Part shown: in pieces, positions 24,601 through 32,000 of the stretch
Position numbering within the stretch: the first letter of the stretch is position 1
How the letters are laid out: each line of letters begins with the position of its first letter
Origin: Candidatus Saccharimonadota bacterium
Lineage (GTDB): Bacteria > Patescibacteriota > Saccharimonadia > Saccharimonadales > Saccharimonadaceae
Assembly (NCBI GenBank): GCA_016700015.1
Contig: CP064995.1
Coordinates: forward strand, 720,001 to 752,000
Direction: 5' to 3'
Length of the DNA stretch: 32,000 nucleotides
The notes under the pieces: generated by a model
Database searches by the model: none
Told to the model about the DNA's origin: nothing
Seen by the model: only the letters and a program-made list of their open reading frames with translations
Made by a program: the position numbers and the translations under genes

Positions 24601-25083
24601 TTATCCTTCACCTTTCGGCGGATTGGCAGTGCTTGTCTGATAGGTCTTAATGGAAATTTCGAGTTGTTCCACGCTGCTCACGCCCCGCAGATTAGTATTA
24701 ACATATACACCCTTATCGACATTAGACTTCAGTGAACTAAGATAACTAGTGGCGATGACGGTATTACCGTCAACTAAGCTTTTCTGTGTCAGTATATAGA
24801 GACAGGTCGAGTCATCCCTGTAGCCACTACGCGATACAATTGTCTTCTCGAGCTGGGACAACCTGGCAGGCTGCTTACTGATATCATCGAAAGCAGCATT
24901 GTATTGATCGACAATCTTCTTATCGCATACGTCTGCAACTAACCTCACCTGTTGCGAAGGTTGCTTGATGCCGATATAGCCATAACCGAGCAGCACGCTG
25001 CCAACAGCTCCACCGACAAAGACACAGCAAAGAATGAGCACAAAGGCTACTTTGCTAAAACCGGCTGATATACGATAAGGCAT
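24601..25083 (-). CDS. Hypothetical N-terminally anchored protein (160 aa) between the two paralogs
   Basis: Start moved to the ATG at 25083, which has SD GGGAGGA 7 nt upstream. TM VAFVLILCCVFVGGAVGSVLLGYG followed by a soluble domain. Confidence 0.55.
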   Translation of the reverse strand: MPYRISAGFSKVAFVLILCCVFVGGAVGSVLLGYGYIGIKQPSQQVRLVADVCDKKIVDQYNAAFDDISKQPARLSQLEKTIVSRSGYRDDSTCLYILTQKSLVDGNTVIATSYLSSLKSNVDKGVYVNTNLRGVSSVEQLEISIKTYQTSTANPPKGEG

Positions 25084-25154
25084 AGACTTTCCTCCCAAAC
25101 TACTTGTGCTTACATATGTATTTAGTATAACAGCCGTATTAAGCTTGCACCACC

Positions 25155-27347
25155 CTAATACCGTGGTGACAGTTCTCTTAGTGACCGTGTGACCCACTTA
25201 CCATTGCTGACTGAAACTCGATGGGCCCATAGAAAGGCATCGCTCCGGAGATCGATGACTTCGGCAGGGTTGCGGGCGTTTCCTGCAGTCCGCCGCAAAA
25301 ATAATTGTTTAGCAACAATCGGGCCCGTTACTATAAGTGGACGCCCGCATATATTAGTCGTTAGTTGATCAGATAAGTGTTCGTCACATGTGCTAACATA
25401 GCCAGCAGATGCCACGAGCCACGCGTTAACTGTTTGCACGGTGTCACGGATAATAATGTTGCCAGTGGCAATAATTACCATTTGAGAAATAGTCGTTTCA
25501 TCGAGTAGTGTAGGATTGGGATGAACTATATCTCGGTCAATAATAACTGTGCCCTTAACGTAGTGGACACCGGGACTATAGGCACTAATTATGTGATTAC
25601 CGCTGTATACCGTTGTATCTGCGGAGGGCTTCGAACCAAAGTATTGCTCCATATCGGGGAGACCCCCAACAAACAACGGTGCACCAAACTGACCCAGTGT
25701 TGGCGCAGTATTTGAAAACGTCAGTTTACTCCAGGCACTCTGCGCGCCCGGCAGACCCAGTCGGTTAAATCCCGATCCCGAAGAAAATCCGTTGATTGAG
25801 TCCGGTGCTATGACCCCATATTCACCCCAAGAACCCGTAGCTCCATCTCCCGACAACATCATGCCGCCTACTATACTGCTAGCGATATTGGCACTAGTGC
25901 TGGTGGCACTCCCAACTCTCGTATCATTACCCCATATTTGAACAGTTGGCCTCTTGGCAATCTTTACGCAAGCTGGGTATGATACCCGGCGCCAGGCCGT
26001 CGACATGTTAGGAAAATCAAACGAACGAACAGCCAGCATACGACACACTATATCGCCAAGGGAATAGTCGTCAGCGCGTATAGGTATGGCGTCGGTAATT
26101 GACGTATCGCCTCTGTCAAATATCAAACTACCGTTTGCTGTCCGTGACTGACACACAATATTACCCGCAGCTCCTGGGAGTGTCCTTAACCAATCGTTGC
26201 ACGCCTCACCGGCATCGGCGTAACTAGCAAGCGCAAAGGCATAACCATCAATCGACTGATTGAACACACCCGCCAGAGGAAAGCTTTTCCCCCTTGGTAT
26301 TACAAACTGGTAGGCGCCGTACCTTGAGCTATAGTCAGCTTTTTCACCAGAATTATGCACAATCTCGGTTGGCACTACTGATTCACCCAAACTCAGTGTT
26401 GTCATAGAAACACCCTTAATTTTTGTACTCGGCAACAAGTTGTTAATCCCACAGCGGCTGGCAGCGTTAATACTATCGTAAGGCAGCTTGAACTGAATAA
26501 CATTGTTAGTATACACATCGGTGAGTACAAAATTGTATCGGTGGCCTTTGGTATGAGTAAAAACAAACGTGTCCGTCATGCCGTTGCCCGATGACGGCGT
26601 ACTAAAGTTCTGACGAATACCCGTATCGATATCCTCGACATACGCAGACATAGTACGACTATACTGTGCGGCACCATCACTACTACTAGCGTCATTATCT
26701 GGGTCATATACAATAATACTCGCCGTCCCAGTGTCGGCTGTACATGGCGCTGCAAACGGTAGGCTGTAAGTAAAAAAGTTGCCGCAGCCATCGTCATTTG
26801 CCTGACGGCATCGATCTTGGTTAAGAATGGCAAATCGCTCATCGTTGTCAGCACTTGAATATCCAATGAGACCCCCATCTGGCAGCCCTAGGCGAAAGCC
26901 ACGGCGATTGGAATCGGAGATAAGCGAGAACTTTACAAGTGCTTTGTATTTCTTGCTGTCAGCGTTGTAATGAAATTCACTTGCAGGTACCCAGAAACTA
27001 CCGGCTGTCGAACCGCTATTATTGTCGCACATAGTCCACGGCGACGAAGCACCCGCTACTGGTGAGTCGACTTGGATGCCACGAGGACGGTCATCACACC
27101 AAAACGTAACACGCACATTACTGCCCGGTGCGGTGTCGAGGTAGATTGGGATACCAGTGCTCTTAGCACCGCTCACATCGTCAGTATTTGCTAGATAGTA
27201 CGATACATTAGCACCACCAAACTCAGCTTTGTCGGGGCCGTTGTTCGATATCGCCTGCACGTGATGCTGAAATACCGTCACCCCAATACCCGTCGTCAGC
27301 ACAACAAAGACCACTACCCACCACTTACGACCGTGAACGCGTTTCAT
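25155..27347 (-). CDS. Large secreted protein of unknown function, paralog A (730-733 aa), first gene of the T4P supercluster
   Basis: N-terminal signal/TM segment KWWVVVFVVLTTGIGVTVFQHHVQA. C-terminal module shared with paralog B (CRMLAVRSFD, PTVQIWGNDTRVGS, SWGEYGVIAP, AWLVA, VTGPIVA, PAEVIDLRSD, ELSPRY). I prefer the start at 27347 (7 nt after TATAAT); 27356 is the alternative. Confidence 0.8.
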   Translation of the reverse strand: MKRVHGRKWWVVVFVVLTTGIGVTVFQHHVQAISNNGPDKAEFGGANVSYYLANTDDVSGAKSTGIPIYLDTAPGSNVRVTFWCDDRPRGIQVDSPVAGASSPWTMCDNNSGSTAGSFWVPASEFHYNADSKKYKALVKFSLISDSNRRGFRLGLPDGGLIGYSSADNDERFAILNQDRCRQANDDGCGNFFTYSLPFAAPCTADTGTASIIVYDPDNDASSSDGAAQYSRTMSAYVEDIDTGIRQNFSTPSSGNGMTDTFVFTHTKGHRYNFVLTDVYTNNVIQFKLPYDSINAASRCGINNLLPSTKIKGVSMTTLSLGESVVPTEIVHNSGEKADYSSRYGAYQFVIPRGKSFPLAGVFNQSIDGYAFALASYADAGEACNDWLRTLPGAAGNIVCQSRTANGSLIFDRGDTSITDAIPIRADDYSLGDIVCRMLAVRSFDFPNMSTAWRRVSYPACVKIAKRPTVQIWGNDTRVGSATSTSANIASSIVGGMMLSGDGATGSWGEYGVIAPDSINGFSSGSGFNRLGLPGAQSAWSKLTFSNTAPTLGQFGAPLFVGGLPDMEQYFGSKPSADTTVYSGNHIISAYSPGVHYVKGTVIIDRDIVHPNPTLLDETTISQMVIIATGNIIIRDTVQTVNAWLVASAGYVSTCDEHLSDQLTTNICGRPLIVTGPIVAKQLFLRRTAGNARNPAEVIDLRSDAFLWAHRVSVSNGKWVTRSLRELSPRY

Positions 27348-27430
27348 ACCCTGCATTATATACCATAAGCGAATTACTGAGTAAGTCTCCCTCCTGTTTC
27401 ACTAATTCCATAGCAATATCTCGTCACCAC

Positions 27431-27439
27431 TGTTATAAT
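27431..27439 (+). promoter_or_regulatory. Extended -10 element for ychF
   Basis: TGTTATAAT ends 8 nt before the ychF ATG. No SD lies in between. The -35 is weak (TAGCAA). Confidence 0.4.
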
Positions 27440-27447
27440 AATCTGCT

Positions 27448-28530
27448 ATGAGCTTATCTATTGGTATCGTGGGCCTGCCCAATGTTGGCAAGTCAACACT
27501 ATTCAATGCCCTCACTAACAATGATATTTTGGCGGCGAATTATCCATTCGCCACAATCGATCCGAATACAGGCGTGGTACCTGTGCCCGACAAGCGCCTT
27601 GGTATGCTCGCACGCATGTACAATGCCGAGCGAGTCATCCCCGCTACCGTCACCTTCGTTGACATCGCCGGGCTCGTCGCTGGTGCCAGCAAGGGCGAGG
27701 GCCTTGGCAACAAGTTCCTGGCCAATATCCGCCAGTGCGACGCCATCGTCCATATTGTGCGAGCATTTGAAAATACTGACATTTTACATGTGGAAGATAG
27801 CGTCAATCCGCAGCGTGATATCGAAACCATCAATACCGAGCTAGCGCTCGCCGATATTCAAACCATCGACACCCGACTGGTGCGGCTTACAAAAGAAGCA
27901 AAAAGCGACCCCAAGGCAAAAGAAACTGTCGCTTACCTAACATCACTCAAGCAGCTCCTTGAGTCGGGCAAGCTACTCAATCAGCAAAGTGATCTCGATC
28001 CAGAAATCATTCGCGATCTGCACCTGCTGACAGCAAAACCAGTGATTTATGTGTTCAACGTCAACGAAGAAACACTAGTCGATGAGGCAAAAAAGCGCGA
28101 GCTACGGGCACTCGCCCAGCAGAGTCATGCACTGTTTATCTGCGCCAAGCTTGAAGATGAAATAAAAGGACTCAATCCAGCTGACGCAGCAGAATTGCTC
28201 GCTGCCTACGATATTCCCGAAGCAGGCCTGGTGCAAATGATTCATGCCGCCTACGATATATTGGGACTACAGAGTTACCTGACAGCCGGCCCCAAAGAAG
28301 TGCGCGCTTGGACGATCAGGCAAGGCGCGACCGCACCACAGGCCGCAGGTGTTATCCACACTGATTTTGAAAAAGGCTTCATAGCCGCACAAGTTGTCGA
28401 CTATTTCGACCTTGTTGCCGCCGGCTCTGAAGCAGCGGCTAAGGCTGCCGGCAAAGTTGCGACCGTGGGGCGCGACTACGTGATGCAGCCAAACGATGTC
28501 GTTGAATTTCGCTTCAATGTGAGCAAATAA
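27448..28530 (+). CDS. ychF: Redox-regulated ATPase YchF (Obg-like)
   Basis: GIVGLPNVGKSTLFNALT P-loop, DIAGLVAGASKGEGLGNKFL, and a C-terminal TGS-like domain (KEVRAWTIRQGATAPQAAGVIHTDFEKGFI). Confidence 0.95.
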   Translation: MSLSIGIVGLPNVGKSTLFNALTNNDILAANYPFATIDPNTGVVPVPDKRLGMLARMYNAERVIPATVTFVDIAGLVAGASKGEGLGNKFLANIRQCDAIVHIVRAFENTDILHVEDSVNPQRDIETINTELALADIQTIDTRLVRLTKEAKSDPKAKETVAYLTSLKQLLESGKLLNQQSDLDPEIIRDLHLLTAKPVIYVFNVNEETLVDEAKKRELRALAQQSHALFICAKLEDEIKGLNPADAAELLAAYDIPEAGLVQMIHAAYDILGLQSYLTAGPKEVRAWTIRQGATAPQAAGVIHTDFEKGFIAAQVVDYFDLVAAGSEAAAKAAGKVATVGRDYVMQPNDVVEFRFNVSK

Positions 28531-28546
28531 CTTCACATAAAAAAAG

Positions 28547-28593
28547 CCTGGCCGCCTCATCCTCTGTATTGCTACAGAGAACAAGGCGCCAGG
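28547..28593. terminator. Compound hairpin terminator between ychF and the convergent minus-strand unit
   Basis: Outer stem CCTGGC(C)GCC / GGCGCCAGG encloses inner hairpin CTCTGTA-TTGC-TACAGAG. An A6 run on the plus-strand 5' side becomes a U-run for minus-strand transcripts. Confidence 0.6.
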
Positions 28594-28600
28594 TTATATG

Positions 28601-28635
28601 GGCTCGCTCACAGTCCTAAGGACTACAAGCGAGCC
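28601..28635 (-). terminator. GC-rich long hairpin immediately after the LPXTG gene
   Basis: GGCTCGCTCACAGTCC-TAA-GGACTACAAGCGAGCC forms a 16-bp stem (8 perfect outer pairs, three G-U pairs in the inner part when read as minus-strand RNA). It has no U-tract. It lies inside the high-GC block, 6 nt past the stop codon. Confidence 0.55.
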
Positions 28636-28641
28636 GTTCGG

Positions 28642-30615
28642 CTATCCCTCGACGCGGCGGAGGCGCCGGTTCGCCAGCAGCAGACCAGCACCAAGGGCCA
28701 TGAGCCCCAGACTGATCCACAGCGGCAAACTGATATCGCTACCCGTGTTGGGCAGCTGCTGGCACGTAGCCAGTTCAGCCGCGTCGAGCTTGACGCTCTT
28801 CACGGTCGGCTCGCCGACCAGTATCCAATGAGCCCGGTTGGGGTCATTTGTGTACTTGCTGTCCGCCAGAACCTGGGGGACAGAATACGTGCTGGTCTCA
28901 ACCAGCTTCGTACCTTCGGTGCAGGACACCGAATTAGCAACATCACTGCTGACCAGCACGGTCTTAGGACCGGGGTTAGGCGGCATCGGCGGGGTCACCG
29001 GGCACTCCGACTGATCGGTCGCAAAGTTGGCCTGCAGGTAGGGCTCGAAGCCCGCAACCGTAGGACCAAACGACAGATCCACCATCGCATAGGTCGTGGT
29101 GAACTGCTCGGTGGCGCCAGGCGCGACCGTGAACTGACCCGAGATGTTCTCGGTGTTCACAAGGTCGTCACCCCAGAGCACCAGCACCGAAGGGTTAGCC
29201 GCTGGGTTAGCGACCTTCACCACTCCGCCGCACGTCTTGGTGACGATCAGGGGCGCCAAGTCCTTGTTGGGAACCTGGCACACCACACCGTTGTCAGCTG
29301 GCAGCGTGAAGACCTTCGGCGCCGTGGTGCCGTCAGACCAAGTGGTCCGAACAGTGTCACGGAGCGTCGCTACCTTCTGACCCTTGTCGTTCACTGACCA
29401 AGTGTACTTGTCGGTGTCGGTGGTAGCGTCCCAAACGGGCGGGACAACCGCACCACCGGCCGGGTTGCACCGGTCAGTCGACGCGGGCTGCGTGGGAATG
29501 GCCACCTTCTCGGGCGTGAACGTGTAGACCACGCACTCCGAAGGCAGCGGGTTGTCCGGGCCATACTCGGTCCGACTCAACTCGGTGCCATCAGGGCCGC
29601 GAACGACCAGCGTCACTCCGTAGAGTCCCTGCGAGGGCAGCTCAAGACTGATACCATCAGCGACGGGGTTCCACCCGAAGGTAAGGAACTCTTCGCCCTG
29701 GTACACGGCGATCGCATACCACTCACTGCCAGCCGGGTAGCCGACGAACGAGCCGCACAGCTTGACGGTAGCGACCGGACATGACGCCTTCTCGGCATCG
29801 GTCATGGCACGGGTCTGGGTCTCAGTGGTCGTCACAGCGTGAGCCGGATCAAGCACCCAGGCCGTTCCAAGAGCGTTGAGCATCTTGGGCGTGCTGGTGA
29901 CGGTCCGCGTCTGCTCGACCGTTCCGGTCGGACAGCTCTTAGCCCCATCAGTCCAGTCACCAAACGAAACGTCGGGCGGCGGCTGTGGACCGGCACACTG
30001 GGACTTCTCGTCCGCCGTCATGTCGCGGTTACGCGACTCGGTCTTCGTGGTCCACTCGGACTCAGGAGCATCGACGTACTGACCCACCGAGTCGCCCCAC
30101 ACCTGTGGGATAGTGGTAACAGTACGAGTCTGGACAACCGTTGCGGTTGCGCAGCTCTTGGCCCCATCGACCCAGTCGGTCGTGACCGTGCGCGGGCCAG
30201 GGTTGGCCGGCACACAGTTCAACGCCCCGAAGGTCACAGTCCGCGTGTCGGTACCGGCCTGGTTCGCCCACTTCAGGGCGAACGTGACCGTACCGCCGGC
30301 CGTGGTGTAGACACCGAGGTCGATAGTGAACTGCTCGGTGGCACCCACCTTGACGGTCTTGGTTCCACCCGACTTGCTGGCCACCGTTGCAGTGACCACC
30401 ATGTCGAGGCCAGAACTAGCCGGCTCAGTGTTGGTGAACGTAGCGTTCACCTGCACGCCTGAGTTGCTACAGACAGCCGTAGCCGACTGAGACGTCGACC
30501 ATGCGTAGGCCATGCGAGGACTGAGGCTCACGCCGATCACGGCGATCACCAAGATCGCCAGCCAGCGCCCTACGTTCACACGCCACTTGGGCGCACGATG
30601 CGTTGTTGCACTCAT
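28642..30615 (-). CDS. LPXTG-anchored cell-wall surface protein with Cys-bracketed repeat modules
   Basis: 657 aa. Signal peptide (RWLAILVIAVIGVSLSPRMAYA). C-terminal sorting signal LPNTG + TM (ISLPLWISLGLMALGAGLLLA) + basic tail NRRLRR. Internal repeats present. SD-like GGAAGGGG before the ATG. Confidence 0.85.
   Translation of the reverse strand: MSATTHRAPKWRVNVGRWLAILVIAVIGVSLSPRMAYAWSTSQSATAVCSNSGVQVNATFTNTEPASSGLDMVVTATVASKSGGTKTVKVGATEQFTIDLGVYTTAGGTVTFALKWANQAGTDTRTVTFGALNCVPANPGPRTVTTDWVDGAKSCATATVVQTRTVTTIPQVWGDSVGQYVDAPESEWTTKTESRNRDMTADEKSQCAGPQPPPDVSFGDWTDGAKSCPTGTVEQTRTVTSTPKMLNALGTAWVLDPAHAVTTTETQTRAMTDAEKASCPVATVKLCGSFVGYPAGSEWYAIAVYQGEEFLTFGWNPVADGISLELPSQGLYGVTLVVRGPDGTELSRTEYGPDNPLPSECVVYTFTPEKVAIPTQPASTDRCNPAGGAVVPPVWDATTDTDKYTWSVNDKGQKVATLRDTVRTTWSDGTTAPKVFTLPADNGVVCQVPNKDLAPLIVTKTCGGVVKVANPAANPSVLVLWGDDLVNTENISGQFTVAPGATEQFTTTYAMVDLSFGPTVAGFEPYLQANFATDQSECPVTPPMPPNPGPKTVLVSSDVANSVSCTEGTKLVETSTYSVPQVLADSKYTNDPNRAHWILVGEPTVKSVKLDAAELATCQQLPNTGSDISLPLWISLGLMALGAGLLLANRRLRRVEG
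29779..30189 (-). repeat. Tandem ~65-aa protein-level repeat inside the LPXTG protein
   Basis: aa 143-207 (TVTTDWVDGAKSCATATVVQTRTVTTIPQVW...RDMTADEKSQC) versus aa 216-279 (VSFGDWTDGAKSCPTGTVEQTRTVTSTPKML...RAMTDAEKASC). A more diverged third copy lies near the C-terminus (SCTEGTKLVETSTYSVPQV...LDAAELATC). Confidence 0.55.
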
Positions 30616-30796
30616 GCTTCACACCCCTTCCAGGGATTGAACGTGAGATGATCAGATTGTCAAATGCGCCTGTCATCCAGGCAAGCGCAATTACTGCGAC
30701 AGCCCGATCAGGCACTCACCCCACCCCACGTGTCGGCAGGGTAGATGCTTTGGCTATATTAGCATATTGTAGATTAAATGTAAATAGTATTCTATA

Positions 30797-31522
30797 CTAC
30801 TTATGTTTTAAAGTCTGTAGCACAAAAAATCGCTCGTGATTGCCTTTGCTACCCTTCACATCACTGTCTGCTTTATCAACAATAATATAATAATTCTTCA
30901 CCCATTGTTCGAAACTTTTTAGTATGTCACGACGCACACGGTCATTTTTAATCACCCCGCTCGTGCCTACTTGGGCTTTAGTTGCCTCAAACTGCGGCTT
31001 CACCATCGCTAGTACCGTGGTAGTTGGGCAGCATAGGGTGGCAATATAGGGCAAAATATCACGCAAGCTTACAAAACTGACGTCTATCACTACAATGTCG
31101 GGGGTCAGTAGTGGCCGAAAACTGCGAATATCGGTTTTTTCGTGTAGTTCTATGCGCGCATCGCCGCGCAGACTCGGGTGCAGCTGATCGGTACCGACAT
31201 CGACAGCAATCACCTTTTTTGCGCCGTGTTGCAGAGCATAATCGGTAAATCCACCGGTGCTACTACCGACGTCGAGCACTACTTTACCTGCAAATGATAC
31301 CGTAAACATGTCAGCCACCGATGCAAGCTTTAGCCCGGCCCGGCTGACATAGCGTTCGCTCGCTGTCAGTTCTAATTCGTCATTCTCGTCGACAAAATAC
31401 CCCGGTTTACTGACCAGTTTACCCTGCACTGACACCTTACCAAGGCGTATCCAGCTCTCGGCCTGCGAGCGCGTAGGCGCCAGCCCGGCTTTCACAACCG
31501 CTTGATCAAGTCGAATCTTCAT
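30797..31522 (-). CDS. tlyA: TlyA-family rRNA 2'-O-methyltransferase (hemolysin A-like)
   Basis: S4-like N-terminus (RLDQAVVKAGLAPTRSQAESWIRLGKVSVQGK) plus an FtsJ-type SAM-binding motif (VLDVGSSTGGFTDYALQHGAKKVIAVDVG). Confidence 0.85.
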   Translation of the reverse strand: MKIRLDQAVVKAGLAPTRSQAESWIRLGKVSVQGKLVSKPGYFVDENDELELTASERYVSRAGLKLASVADMFTVSFAGKVVLDVGSSTGGFTDYALQHGAKKVIAVDVGTDQLHPSLRGDARIELHEKTDIRSFRPLLTPDIVVIDVSFVSLRDILPYIATLCCPTTTVLAMVKPQFEATKAQVGTSGVIKNDRVRRDILKSFEQWVKNYYIIVDKADSDVKGSKGNHERFFVLQTLKHK

Positions 31523-31534
31523 ACCCTTATGGTA

Positions 31535-32000
31535 TCAGGGATACATAATCTGCTCAATCTGGCGCGCCACATTGGCAATATAGGCATAGGAATAGCCTTT
31601 AGTCATGATCGTCAAAACATAACTACCCTTTGGCCCATACACGATCGCCGTGTCATGCACGTAGTCCCACAAAAATCCTACTTTGTCGTACACCGTGCCC
31701 TTGACTCCTGTTGGAATACCATAGCGGTAGGTGTGTGTGCTGAGTGAGTGCAACAGGTGGTCACGGTACGCACCGCCTACCAAACTGCCATTTTCCAGAC
31801 CAATCATAAACTTTGTCAGGTCGGCCGCTGTGGTATGTACCGCTTCGGGGTGCGTAAAGGTCGTACCGCTACTAAACCCAAGCGAATAGACATAGTTATT
31901 CATGGCATCGCGTCCGAACTGGCTGAGCCACTCCACAGCACACGGGTTAGTACTGGCAATCGTCATACGGTCGAAACAGCCGCTAACCGTCGTATCGAGC
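31535..32000 (-). CDS. Serine hydrolase / class A beta-lactamase-like protein, C-terminal part (gene runs off the right edge)
   Basis: The frame stays open upstream of the track's ATG to position 32000 (..DTTVSGCFDRMTIASTN..). SxN-like STN and KTG-like KVG (YDKVGFLWDYVHDTAIVY) elements are spaced as in class A beta-lactamase-fold proteins. Confidence 0.5.
   Translation of the reverse strand, partial: LDTTVSGCFDRMTIASTNPCAVEWLSQFGRDAMNNYVYSLGFSSGTTFTHPEAVHTTAADLTKFMIGLENGSLVGGAYRDHLLHSLSTHTYRYGIPTGVKGTVYDKVGFLWDYVHDTAIVYGPKGSYVLTIMTKGYSYAYIANVARQIEQIMYP

Larger units (their letters stand above)
28598..30745. other. High-G+C compositional island (single-gene cassette, probable horizontal acquisition)
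   Basis: Hand counts of 60-nt lines inside the block: 28801 = 35/60, 29401 = 39/60, 30241 = 43/60 G+C. Flanking lines: 27901 = 28/60, 31081 = 28/60, 20701 = 25/60. Codons inside are overwhelmingly G/C-ending (Lys as AAG, Glu as GAG, Thr as ACC/ACG). Boundaries fall in intergenic DNA and are approximate. Confidence 0.6.

Noticed and set aside
28828-30462. Long plus-strand ORFs (28828-29397, 29839-30462 and others) opposite the LPXTG gene.
   Set aside because: Stop-poor antisense frames are expected in high-GC DNA. Their products are Arg/Gly/Pro-rich with no signal or motif. The minus-strand ORF, by contrast, has a signal peptide, repeats and an LPXTG sorting signal.
30625-30650. tRNA T-arm-like string (minus strand CACGTTCAATCCCTGG) near the island's upstream border, as a possible tRNA-derived att site.
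   Set aside because: The stem pairs only 4 of 5, and no acceptor, CCA or other tRNA parts are adjacent. It also overlaps the SD/5' region of the LPXTG gene.
28592-30763. Direct repeats flanking the high-GC island (GGTTATATGGG at 28592-28602 versus GGCTATATTAG at 30752-30762).
   Set aside because: Only about 7 matching AT-rich bases, which is indistinguishable from chance. I claim no insertion mechanism.
248-32000. Alternative genetic code (for example UGA recoding as in some CPR lineages).
   Set aside because: TGA, TAA and TAG all terminate well-supported full-length genes here (for example TGA at thrS and at the 5862-6242 gene). No conserved protein shows in-frame stops.
1-32000. CRISPR arrays, IS elements or transposases, rRNA genes, toxin-antitoxin pairs or known defence-system genes.
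   Set aside because: Reading both strands, I found no spaced short repeats, transposase-like ORFs or nuclease/helicase/methylase signatures. The only repeats are the tRNA-Arg fragments and protein-level repeats or paralogs.

Overview
Compact, gene-dense bacterial segment. G+C is about 42-47% by my hand counts of sample 60-nt lines. Nearly all genes are on the minus strand, and many start/stop codons overlap by 4-20 nt. Housekeeping content: thrS, Fe/Mn superoxide dismutase, ndk, ychF, tlyA, one Xer-type recombinase, an NrdR-like regulator, and four tRNAs (Val-GAC, Thr-CGT, Asp-GTC, Arg-CCT). There is also a membrane GT2 polysaccharide-synthase pair. The dominant feature is a ~16.5 kb co-oriented type IV pilus (T4P) supercluster (10793-27356): two large paralogous secreted proteins with a small membrane protein between them, then pilM-pilN-pilO-like, a 77-aa TM protein, pilB-pilT-pilC-pilA-pilD and four pseudopilins including a PilX-like one. 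No secretin is present. This style fits a small-genome monoderm lineage such as Saccharibacteria/CPR, but that is inference only and no search was possible. Most notable observations: (1) a ~2.1 kb single-gene island of sharply higher G+C (58-72% in sampled lines) encoding an LPXTG-anchored repeat protein with its own GC-rich terminator, which looks like an import from a high-GC Gram-positive; (2) the two paralogous ~730-775 aa secreted proteins heading the T4P operon, with divergent N-terminal halves and a conserved ~390-aa C-terminal module ending ELPPRY/ELSPRY, and no function I can recognise; (3) a putative short T-box leader with an ACC (Thr) specifier upstream of a small ORF plus thrS; (4) a recurrent extended -10 (TGnTAnnnT) placed 6-8 nt before ATGs, implying leaderless mRNAs; (5) a strongly promoted and terminated leaderless 41-codon ORF with a Thr run. 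I found no CRISPR array, transposase or rRNA.
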